Shown piece after piece: positions 51,831 to 64,000 of a DNA stretch of 64,000 nt. The stretch is taken from positions 57,908,001 to 57,972,000 of the forward strand of contig NC_043001.1 in the NCBI RefSeq assembly GCF_006345805.1, given 5' to 3'. This DNA comes from Octopus sinensis. Taxonomy: Eukaryota. Made by a program: the position numbers and the translations under genes. How positions within the stretch are numbered: position 1 is the stretch's first letter; each line of letters begins with the position of its first letter. Below the pieces are notes generated by a model. It was given only the letters and a program-made list of their open reading frames with translations, had not been told where the DNA came from and made no database searches.

Positions 51831-54800
51831 TTGTTTACATTATCATCGAGATTTTTAGTAATATAGACAACTGTAATAGCATCAAAAACAATTAGAGGCA
51901 CCTACAGGTTCGAAAACTTTTTTTATAATCACAGTACATTCAATAGAAGACTAGATATTTTGCAAATTTAGTTTACAGCAACGGACTGTAACCTTTGGAT
52001 ATTTGTAAGATAATCGGTGTGATGGAAGTATATAGTAAAAAAACGCTTCTAAACGACTTTCTCCCATATTTGGGTAAAAATCGCATCTAGTAGAGTCTAC
52101 CAAAGCGCATATGTATACAAATGCATGTATGCTTTGGAAGACACCGTCAAAGTAAGAATTTGACGTTGTTGTTACTGGTGCGCGGAAAAACCATTCTAAT
52201 ATCACACGTAAAATATTGTGAGGCACGATATAAATTGTTAATACGCAAACACTCCTCACATATAATTCACAGGCCTCTGTGAAAAATCACAAAAACCACA
52301 CTGTCCACTTGATATAGGTTACTGTCGCATTATTATGTAGACAGATTGCAATGAGTTACGTAATTTTTGAAACGTTCAAGAGACTCACTATGAAAGAACT
52401 TCTTCATTATCACAACAAAATACACAAAACGGTATTGGATTTGTGCACAGAAGTGGATATATAGACGCAAAGTTTATGACTAGTAATACAGGGCCCAAGG
52501 ACAAGCCTCGATCTCTTTAATTAATTCATTTCATTTAAAAACAGCCCCAGTAGTCTATGGTAATCTGATAGTCAGTTACTTATAAGGCAAGATTGTTTTG
52601 GTATTTCGACAGCAAAAGTGAAAATGAGACCAATCCAGTATATTAGGTTCCAGATGTATCTGACTATCAACGTGCTAGGATACTCTTGCATTACCACTTT
52701 ATTGAATTTCTTCTTGATTTGAAATTATATCATATATTTATACGTGTTTTCTTTAATTTATATGAAGCTTATAATATAGTTACTCCTCTTGTATATTCGC
52801 TGTAAAAGTTTTGGAAGCACTATTTGTAAATTCAACATTATGAATGAGCCCTATGGTCAATAAAGACAAATTGCCAGTGGCAGGAAACTCTCGCAATTCC
52901 ATCGATTTGTGGCAACATATATGTGGTTTGTCAAAACTGAAGTTGAAATGAATCTGTAAGTACTTATCATCTCAGTGAGCAAGGCCGCCATGAAAATATC
53001 CTAACAAATTTACAAAAGAAGAAAATATGAGATTAATGATGTAAGACTGAATATTCTGTATACAAGAGACACTGCACATCATTCAGTCCGGATGAGTTAA
53101 ACACAAGGGACAAAAACATTAAAAGTAGCTTACGGATGCTGCCGTTCTCATAATGTCCCGTTATAACTTGTGTTTACACTGATAGAGATGAAAGTGTTCA
53201 TGGCATATGTAACAGCAAGAAATATCAGTCTCCTCAGAAGTTCGTATTAGGTCACTGAGAGATAATCAGTGTAGTTCAAGTGTAGTTCAAGATGAGAAAA
53301 TTGTTCAAAATGTACAAAGAAAATAAAGATGCCCCAAAGAAAACTAACTGGAGTGGATGGAATTAAGAAATCAATAAATGGGCCTTGCTAGTGTTGATAT
53401 ACTCCACCACTTTGCTGAAATGGTCTATAGTGGTGAGACGAAACATCAGTCTTCTGACAACATTTTAAGAGTAATATAATGAGAATGTGCATGGCAAAAA
53501 ATATAATCAGCACGGCTATATCGTGCGGTTACAAAAGAAAAACATGTTTTTCATGGCGAAAATATTGTCTTCTGTGAAAAATATTCAAACAATCCCGGAA
53601 AAATGGAAATTTAAAAAGAGAGGGAATTTCATGGTTAATTCGTATAAGAAAGTATGTTTGAAGGGAAGAACAATGGGGCTGGGTCACAGATGGAAACCTA
53701 AAATCAGAGGGTATAACACTGCATAAACTTGCTCAGGAAGAAATTTTCAAGTTGTTATTAAAGCAAAAGTTGATAAAACTGGGGCAGGGTACAAACGTAA
53801 ATACTTTGGAAAATTGTTCGAAATTATTAATTCTCTGCTAAATGAGTGCAATAAACAACCTAGTTGCAGTTGCAGCACTTACATATCTATGTATTATTTT
53901 CCTATTTTAATCCATATCCATTCGCAAGATACTTCCTGTATTAATTTGTACTTTAGAAATTTTATATTGTTATCAATGAATTTTAATATTAGTCGAATTG
54001 GTATTTCACAGAATAAGTACGGATTTGTGCAAAACAACGGCACCTAGACTCTCTGCTTCCATATTATCATGGTAATGATTCAGTTGGCAATGCACAACAT
54101 CCAATCACCTCTGATATTTCATAACCTTAATTCAGACAGACAAAATTTTAAAAATATATATATGCATGTCATTTTTATCCCGCTGACATGGAGCATTTTG
54201 CATTTTGCAATTGCATCACATGAAAAGGCGTAAATTGGAAAACTTTATTTGCATTGAATATTTTATTTATAGGATTATAACTAGATATACTAGACATATC
54301 AATTTGAATCTCTAGTGCAAATATATAGTGTGATTTTATATATCCATGCACATAGAGACATATTTATTACAAACTCTATCTACATACACACACACTTACA
54401 TATATTTATGTCCCATTATATACATATAAATATGTGCGTGTACGTGTGTGTGGGTGGGTGTATCTATCTATATATATATATGTATGTATGTATGTAAACC
54501 ATCCTATCTGTCTAACTATCTTTCAATCTATCCTGCATGCATATATGTATGTGTGAGAATGTGAGAGATAGAGAGAGAAAGAGCGTGCGTCTGATTATAC
54601 GTCTGTGGTAGTGTGCGTATGTGCATGGTATACGTTTTACATCAATATTTTCATCTTAACATAATGAGAATTTTTATGTGTTGAAGGAATTGCATTTGCA
54701 GCTGGCTGGTTTTTCTAATGCTAACCTCTAAACCGTGAAATGGAAGAGGTTCCTGCGTTTGACAGAAAGGCAAATTGCCGCCAGCAGCGTTATGTGCCCC

Positions 54801-56660
54801 AGTATTGTACATAATACAATAGGTTTTGTGAGATTTGAAATACGAAAACGCGATTAATGGTACAACACAACACACACACACACACACACGCGCGTATATA
54901 TGAATATGTTCCTGAATAGAAGCTGATACATAATACATTTGCACACACACCACACGCATGCACACACACTAACACAAACACACACACACTCTCTCACGCA
55001 CATATAAATGTATGAACCCCCCTCTCTCTCTTTATATATATATATACATACATATATATATACATACAAATATATATATATACATATATATATATGTATA
55101 AATAAATATATATATATTTATATATATATATACATACATTTATATATATACATACATATATGTGTGTGTGTATAATTCATTAGTGACTGAAGCAGCATTA
55201 TTGGCAAAACGTAATCTTCGTATGGAACTTAACATGGATATTACAGCACCTAATACTCTGAAAGACTGTCTCATATTGGAATTGGTGCTTAAAAGCACAT
55301 ACAGAAATAGTAGCAGACGAGAATCGTGTACCATGGCCGGCAGAGCTATCATATCACGTGATTTCATTCTACTGGAACAATTGATAAGATAATGCATCAT
55401 ATAAATAAGAACCACCTGGGGATATATAACAGACGTGTGTGAAAAGGCGAATCTGGGATAGGGCAAAGCGAAAACAAAGCAGTGCGGTAAATATTCTCTG
55501 TAGCTTTTTTTTTGCTCTTCATATACTGGACAGCTCTGAACAGAGCGTCGATAGTAATTTCATTAAACTATCATGGCACCCATACCACCATAGTGGAGAG
55601 AATGTCGAAGTAATGTTGCAAACAATTACATAATGAACACACCAAGAATGTACACCAGTCATGCCTGTTACTGAAATAATGATTTAGCTCCGACAGATCT
55701 CATGAAAGATCTGACAAATTGAAGCCACCACACATCGAAGGAAAGTGCTTTCAGGTGACCGAACAAAAGGTTTCCAGAATTTTTTACTAAGTATGTTGTA
55801 TTCAGAAAAATAAGGCAAAGTGATTAAACGGGTAGAATGTTGTAATCAGTGTTACAGCGTAACACTGAGTGCTTTCGGATGCTCGACTGGTAATCCTCAA
55901 CGTAACCCTCTCAAAGTTTCCATTGGTGACATAGCAGAAGTAAAGTTCAAAACAGGCAGTCAAATGAAATACCAATCAGATATCTTCAAGGATAATGCTA
56001 ACGGAAGTAATACTGGCAATATATAGATTCAATGATAATGATTCCTTTTCGCTGCTGAATGAAACTGACTCTTCTTCGCTATTAGTAATTCATTAATTAA
56101 CAGCAGTACTGTCGAAGTAGCTGACGTTGGCTGGAAAAATAATGACCGTATTAACATTAACAACATTTAAACTGATAGATATACCAGCGAAACTCCTCGT
56201 AAACCACATTCATTTGTCTTAAAACGTGCATACAATGGATAAAGTGATCGTGGTTAAATCTTGCTGAGCGAATAGTTATAATGCTTACACACAGCTTGCA
56301 TTGAAAGGAGATTTGAAGCTTATCATGAACACCCGCTACGGCAACAAGAACAATAACAAGAAGAACATGAGACTAACAAGAATAAAATGGACAAGTTATT
56401 TCTAACTAAGCCATTAACGATCATGATAAATATAGTTTTCAGATTCTTCACAATATTTGAGCGATGACTATGATCTAATGTGGAATTAAAATGCAGCCCA
56501 AAATATCCTATCTCTTTTGTACTTCCTTTCCTTACGATAATTTGTAAATAGGGCTGACGTTGTAAATAGGGTTGGCTGTAGTTGGCAAAGCACTTTGGTT
56601 CTTATGTATTTCTCAACAATGAGATTAAATTGTATCCCGGTTGAATTGGCACTTTGTTAC

Positions 56661-56798
56661 CTGGCCAAGTTCCATATTTACTTGGAGTTGATTACAATTT
56701 CTTTTGTGTATGAGTTCCACACGTCCAAGTCGGTGGATGCTTGAGAATTTTTGTTCAGAACCAGCCAAATCGAAAAAGAAAAATCTATAAAGGTCATA
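56661..56798 (-). CDS. candidate exon containing a DLAGSE motif
   Basis: CTCCTTAATACAG acceptor, 46 open codons YDLYRFFFFDLAGSEQ...MELGQ, donor CAG/GTAACA. Confidence 0.25.
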
Positions 56799-57329
56799 CT
56801 GTATTAAGGAGACTTCCTTATATATAGGTTCAACTTTGGGCAAGCTTTTGAGAAACTACTGTACACAAATTGAAATTAAATTAGCTAAATTTACAGATGT
56901 TTCCGCTTAGGCACAGAACAATTCAAACAAGCAATCTCTAATCTGAATAATCCAGCCATTGAATATCTCCTGTTTTTGTGTATAAACTTGAAATACATTA
57001 TGTGATGTAGTGTAGGGTGTAATTTTAGAAAGTGCTCTTGTGATTTGTGGAGATCGACCGATAACGTGTACACATTCTTGGTTGCTCGTTAAATTCATAT
57101 TCACAACAAACAACAAAATGTACGTAACTAGGTCGTTGTAGGTACTGTTTTATCGCGTAAAAGGGGAGTTACTGTGGGAAAAATAAGGGTATAGAGAAAA
57201 GACAATTTTCCTTTTTAAGAATTTAGTTCATCACAGATAGGATGGCTGTAAACTTGACATAATTTACCTAATAATGATAATGACCACGAGAAGGGACAAA
57301 ACGTAACGCGAGAATTACAATGACGACAA

Positions 57330-57475
57330 AACAACAACCATGATAACCACGACCACGACAAAGACGACCATGATGAGGACGAGGACAACGACGATGGCGA
57401 CGATGAAGGCGATGATGACGATGATGGTGATGCTGATGACGACGAAGACGAGGATGATGGTGAAGATGAAGCTAT
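57330..57475. repeat. degenerate (GAC/GAT)n tract
   Basis: direct reading. Confidence 0.8.
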
Positions 57476-58858
57476 TGACGGTTTATGTATCATTATAAAT
57501 TGCTGCACTATACAGGATTTTGGGGGTTTGAAGACCATTTTAGTTTCCCTGACTTTATTGTAATCAGTTTTTCGACCATGCAGCCGATATATCAATTACA
57601 AATATAGGTTACAATTAGAAACATACTCAATATCAAGCTACTTGTCTTCACAACACAGAAGTCATGATGTCAGTGCAACAACGGGACACTTTGCAATTGC
57701 GTATTTCCAATATTCATGACTTGTGATGAACATATCACCTGAACAGTAAATCCTCCAGAAGATACCTTGTCGAATCAAAATGCTTTCGTTGATAATTCTA
57801 ATCACTTTTAGGCCATATTCAATCACACAGCCTACTAGTTGTTCTACGTTCCTATTTTAGAGAGAACAAAATCTCATTCAAATAGCTGAAATGTGAATTA
57901 ACATAACAAGCATCCTAAACAAATCCCTTCAGATGTGTTAGCCTCATTACTTACTGACGATCACCCTAGGCCCTAGGCCCCAGGCGTCGACGTTGGCATC
58001 ATATGGGCTTCTTGAGTAACACAGTGTGTATGTTGGGCAAAATTCTAAAGAATATACAATCTAATTTGGTCTTTTTTTTCTTGATCGTGTGTTTCTTACG
58101 ACAGTCACTAGGTATCACAATACTCCATGAATGCGAAATTTTCTTTCTGCCCGACCTTACAAGGAGCATACACTTTCCGTATTATTTGTACATGCTACTG
58201 ACTATCGGTATAGAGACGTACGCTTTTTTGGTCTCAATTTAAATATCTGGCTCGAAGAGAACTTAAGGCAGTTGCACATATCTTTCGATCTGACGATTGA
58301 ATAGCAGTTCCGCGTATTCTTTTTCTAAATTACGAAAAGGAAGCCAACTGAATTGTCTTTTCTAATATGTAGTCTCTTATTTCATTGGACGATTCTACAG
58401 TGCTGTCGACCGTCATAATATGCTTACGTTCTTGACAAAATGGCGGTGCAATCGTTCGAATATATAGATATATCTAATGTGTAGAAGTTCCAGAGGGATA
58501 CTCCTTGCCGTCTGCAAATAATTGTCCCATTTTGAAAACCACACTGAATAGGTGGCGACCCTGATAGTTTGCGTGCATGAGAGAAACGGTTTAGGCAAGT
58601 GTTAGTTTTGGTTTACCACCAACCGATGTTACTGCATATTTATATTATTCCACCCTTTGATACATAAATCGAAACTGGAGTTTATAACAGCTACTAGCTA
58701 TTCATACTAAATCTTTCCCCGTATTTTGGATTGATCTATAAGGACCTGAGTCCCATCCAGTTTGTATCTTTGACCTGCTCGATCTATGCTGCATCGCACG
58801 ACGTAGACTTGTGGTTGCAATTTGCTTTCCCTATACAAAGCTAACGGTACTAACTCAC

Positions 58859-58937
58859 CAGCACATGATACCAACCTTTCGTCATATACTCGCAAATCAT
58901 CAGTGCATAGGAAATGAATGTGTCTGAGTGTACAAGT
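58859..58937 (-). CDS. candidate 79-bp internal exon
   Basis: TCTCTCTCCTCTCTCAAATACAG acceptor, CTG/GTGAGT donor, two frames open. Confidence 0.3.
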
Positions 58938-61187
58938 CTGTATTTGAGAGAGGAGAGAGATAGTCCGTAGGATAGTTCCGTTGCCCAATGTGCACCATGA
59001 AAACGATCGAATGCATTAGGCTCTCCCCTGTAGGGTTAATCTAGAACAGGCAAAGAATCATATGCTATTAAAATAATGTTATTTACCGACGAAGAAAAAG
59101 CATTGTAACATGAAAAATTCATTGCACATAATCAACGTAGAAAGATCTGAGTACAGTAGCACAGGGAATCTATGCAATAAAATGCAATCATATTAAAATA
59201 AAATAAAATAGTCAACATCTCTTTAAGTTATCAAATGTATGCAACTATAGCTGAAGAAATTTTAACCTCTTTTTGATCTTTACTATAGTTTAGCCAACAA
59301 AGTCATATATTTGTGACTTTTCGCCTGTCAAAGGTACATATCAAATTTCTCTCAATTACAACTTATCATCTTAAAAACGGAAATACATGAGAAATAATGT
59401 ATTTTCAAGAAAACAAAGTTCTCAATATACAAAATCATTGGATGATGTCAGCTGGGACAACTTTGACAATTGATCTGCCTGAATTTACATGACATAAGTT
59501 GGCATGTTGAAGGCAATTAAATAAGATATTACAATAACATACATTAATACACTTGCACAATAACCTGAAATATAATGATTACAACAGTTCTATACTTAAT
59601 TATTGCACAATAGCACTGAGAGGTGTAATCATATGTGAATCTATAAACATTAAAAAAATATCATAAATAAAATTCAAAAATAAAATTGCGTAATTTGAAG
59701 AAAAATATGACAAAACTGTATTTGCACATCACTTCCAGTGTCTGGAATCAGTATTTTGTCTCTCAAACTATTTCAGTCACTCTGAAAGTCTATTATACTG
59801 TGATTAGGTGAGTCGCTGTACTTCAATACTATAAATATCATAGCATATTTTGTTCTTTTTCTCTGAGAAACTTAATACAGCGCTTGGAATCAATCCCAAA
59901 ATTCACTTTAGCTATTAACGGCTTGTCAAATTGAAATTTTTTATGGAGAAGATGAAGAAAATGAAAAGAAAGCAAAAATGTTTCTCAAGGGAAACTATTC
60001 TTTGATGAAAAAATTTCAGGAGTTCAGAAAAGTATATTCCCATCCTGATTTTGTGCTAGAAGACAAAATATATAGGTATATACATGTATATGAATGTATT
60101 CACACAAACTCACAGTCGCATATACGCATGCACAAACACACACGGGGGCGCGCGCACACACACACAGGTATATATGTGCATACATAGGTATGTACAATCG
60201 TTTGTGAAAGTGCTTTCTCTTGCAGCTCGTTTCTCTGTATGTTGTCCTGTTTCAAGAAATGACCTCAAGCGCTCCAAGTTTTCTACCAGATGGCCATTAG
60301 GGTTGGTGAAAGTCTCACATTTGCGATCTAGAGTGGCATAAAAAAGGCGACGACCTTATCTGATACTAATAAGTTCATTTGTCCCAGTTGATATTTGGGC
60401 TGTGGTGCCTAAATAAATTCCAGAAATGTCTGTTCTGGCAGCGCTAAATGACATTGACTTACTGGAATAAAACTTACAGGCGAAGAAGGGCTGTGAGCTT
60501 GATCTGCTCGAGGTGAGCGCCGGATGACGAAACAGACCCGCATGGAACGTCCAACTAAGCTGTCTTGGGACCCGATGAGTAGATAGTGGAGTACCACTCT
60601 TTGTGTAATTATTACTTCCTGGGTTTTGTAAGGATAGTTCATATGAGAGTGACTTGCAAGAGCACCAAAAAACTTATAAATATTTTCAACACTTCTAACA
60701 GGCAACCACCGGATTTCCTGAGCATACCAATGTGGACATAGGCAAATGACATCGTGACATATTGGATCGTGAAATGACAAGTATTTTGCAGGCCTGTTGA
60801 GATGTGTATCATTAGTTGTCCGCAATTGATGTAGGCTATCGGCAAAAGAGAATGGAGTTTCGATCTGACAACAGCGATTGGATTAGAATCGACAAGGTTT
60901 AGTAAGGTTGCACCGACAGCGAAAACTAGAATAAAATGTGATGTAGTTGGAAATCTAGATTAGATGCTTAGGAGAAACAAGAAGGTTAACATACAATGCT
61001 CTCGACCATGGTTTTCGGGAAAGCACGAATGTTGCATTGTCAGTTTTAAAGCACGTGCTCTAAGATACCTGGGGACAAAATCCGGTTAAAGGGCACGAGC
61101 AGCAGACGCATGATGAATATTAGTGCCCATCTCGAAGATCTTACATGACTACAGATTAGATGAATTTAGCCTTGCGAGAAGCCGATA

Positions 61188-61394
61188 TCATTGATAGAAA
61201 AAGGACGAGTGATGGCTGGCTGCAGAATAAGCAAAAATCACTCCGTATTTGTATCCCAAATCGTTTGGAAACATTGTTGAAATGTCTACAACTGCCAGCA
61301 CAACAAGATAGTTTTCTGTTCTGAGTGTCAAAGAGCAGAAGCGCTGGTTTGAGAGTACCCAAACATGAGATGCCACATTGGTAAGATTCAGCCC
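61188..61394 (-). pseudogene. possible class A GPCR TM1-TM2 relic
   Basis: TNVASHVWVLS...ENYLVVLAVVD resembles GN..VL...YL..LAVxD; bounded by stops, later TMs not recognised. Confidence 0.25.
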
Positions 61395-61974
61395 CTTACT
61401 CCGTTAAACAAAGTTTTCATAATTTCGACCAAAGTTTCAGTAAAATGTGTCGACAGTCTTCAGTAGTCGAATTTATGATACTGAAATATATCACGTTACG
61501 AACATAGGCATGCAATCAATTCAGATAACTCAAAATCTTTCCATATATTTGATAACCAATAAATGACAGCTCTCGCCACTGGGGTCGGTGACGTTCTCAG
61601 TTCCGTTGTTGTTTGGCCTCAATGTACAGTGGCATCTGCTATGTGGCTTAGAGTTCTCGGAAAGAAGCGGTACTTAAATGGGATGGAGGCTTCTGTGCAT
61701 TACCAAATTGTTTTACTATATATTGCAATTTATACGTGAAAATATATCTAGAGGAGACATATGCTTCAGGAAATTGCATAATTAATGGATAATTATACAC
61801 AATAAAAGTAAATTGTTCTACTGCGAGTTTAGGCATCACATTCACGTTAATAACAGATGAAAATAATTTTATTTGAAAGTCAACGAAAAATATTTGCATT
61901 TATTCCAAGTCAAAATCTTCAGCCACTTCCCGTTACAGGCTTGAATTATTTTGTGCCGTTGACTTCGTTCTAAG

Positions 61975-62006
<32 letters not shown>

Positions 62007-63429
62007 CACGCACACACATGCTCATACATACAATGTACATGTGTATATGTATATTTTCATATATGTATGTACATCGCATGAACAGCAGTTAACCGTTTGA
62101 AAATCGTATACAACCCACCAATTGACAGTGAATCTCTTCTGACATATATATCCCATTATATTTATCGGCCTCACATACTTCTACCATTTTTGTTTGTCAT
62201 TTTCAAAGATGTTAAAATTCATTTTAATAAAGAGAAAAACATAGTATTAAGTAATCTCTCCTTTGTAAATTGCTGTAATCGTAAGGAACATGCAAATATA
62301 CTTATATTCAATCCAAATATTATTGATAGCAATAATAAATACTGAAATGTCCCCAATATAGCTTGTGACGAAATAAATGACTTCATATGTAACAGTAGGA
62401 TATCGCTGACATAATCCAAAAGTAAGTGTGATAATAAGAACAATAAGAATAATAACATTAATATGTCAATTTTTAACAATTAAGGAAATTGGAAGTATTT
62501 ACTTGTCCAAATGAATTCGAAAGGAAATCGAAACAACACAAATGAACGGGAAAAGAACATTAGAAAAAGCAAAGAAATAAAAAAAATACAAATACGTGAA
62601 AATTTATTCTGAATTTGTAAGAATCGTTATTAGATTTTCAAATAATAAAAAAGGGAAAAATGATAATAACTTCAATTTAATTCTGAATGTCCGAAATATA
62701 TTCAAGATAGTAATATATTATATATTGGCATTTAGTAATAAATATTTTTTTGAGACATCAACTAAATAATTAATGTCTTAAACTTAGACTGCTTCTATTA
62801 TGACAAGTAGTTATTAATGTTTTATTGTTCATATTTGTATTGTTGTTAGATTTCTGTTCATCATCTGTTGATGATATTGTCCTGACATTGTTTGGGGGGG
62901 CTTTCGAGGTATATTTATATATTTATTTATGTATTTATTCCCCAACAAATATTAATCAAATCTTAATTGATAATATCAAATATACAGAGAATAAAACTAA
63001 AACAATACAAAATCAGAAAGACAGACTCACACGTGTAGTTCTTCATACATACACGCGCATAAATATGAGTGTGTGTAGTTGGTAGGTAGATGGTCATAAC
63101 TATGAACATTAATACGCAACCTTATACAAAAACACATTCACATATAATGTAATTGAATTAGTTTTGGAAGATTATTCCATTTTTCTGGTTGGTTTCAATT
63201 GATCATATCAAGCCATCAGACTTTCAATAACGGTGTCAGAATTAGAAATGCCATATTAGAGATATTTCTCTGGTTTTCCCCATCATACACATAATCTTAA
63301 GTCCACGTCCAATTACGAATAAGTCTCCTAAAAGTTAGTGTAGGAATATACACATATCCACATGTGTATATTTTAGAGCTATGCATTTTATTTCAATTTA
63401 CATCGGTTCTTCTCATTCGAGCATTATTG

Positions 63430-63660
63430 AATATATGTGTGCATGTGTGTGTGTGTCTCTATATATGTGTTTGTGTGTCTATGTGTGTATGTGCCTATGT
63501 CTGTGTTTGGGTGTTTATGTGTGTGTGTGCCTATGTCTGTGTTTCGGTGTTTATATGTGTGTGTTTCTATGTCTGTGTGTGTCTATGTTTGTGTGCGTGT
63601 CTATGTGCGTGCGTTCGCGCCTGTGTGTGTACGTGTATGTGCGCGCATCTATGTATCTTG
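63430..63660. repeat. TG-rich tract with ~36-bp higher-order units
   Basis: GTGCCTATGTCTGTGTTT.GGTGTTTAT occurs twice, plus a degenerate third unit. Confidence 0.7.
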
Positions 63661-64000
63661 TGCTGACAGCGATTTGTTTCACTCTCACGTGTTTGTTCAC
63701 ATTCGATAGTCATCATTGTGTCTTATATACACATCTAAAAGTATTCAATACCTTTGTGACTTCAGAAGGCTGGTCAGCCGAAAAGTTTTCAGTTCTGGGT
63801 TTTACAATTTTTCAAAAATCCTTGAACATAGTCAACTTTCCATTGATAAAATACGTTTAAACCCCAAAAGGTAATGGGGAAAAATGACTCGGGTTGCGGT
63901 GGGGTTGATTTGTATATACGACATATATACATTCAAATGCACAGATACAACATATGTATGTTTGTATGTATGTATGTATATATGTGTGTGTGTGTGTGTG

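Noticed and set aside
57965-57987. CCCTAGG repeats as interstitial telomere
   Set aside because: Only 2-3 units and not TTAGGG
58860-58910. CTGATGA...GACGAAAG hammerhead-like string
   Set aside because: No stem II or stem III pairing

Overview
AT-rich, microsatellite-dense eukaryotic DNA. The SINE families and repeat load fit an octopod cephalopod (inference from my recall of octopus repeats). I cannot identify an intact gene; most listed ORFs are microsatellite artefacts. The window is mainly transposon relics: a Penelope-like element (1.4-5.6 kb) with ~0.55 kb inverted terminal repeats each carrying a type I hammerhead-ribozyme motif, a GIY-YIG fragment and a 551-bp-period duplication; a second hammerhead-like motif near 0.7 kb; four R4/Dong-like retrotransposon fragments at or near (AAT)n tracts; three mariner elements, two with both TIRs; a CR1-group LINE; an L1/Tx1-like LINE; several SINEs; a 221-bp MITE; and an inverted pair of 15-bp-unit arrays. 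A 27-bp pre-miRNA-like hairpin sits at the Tx1 breakpoint. Several low-confidence candidate exons or pseudo-exons are also noted. All translations, alignments and folds were done by eye.
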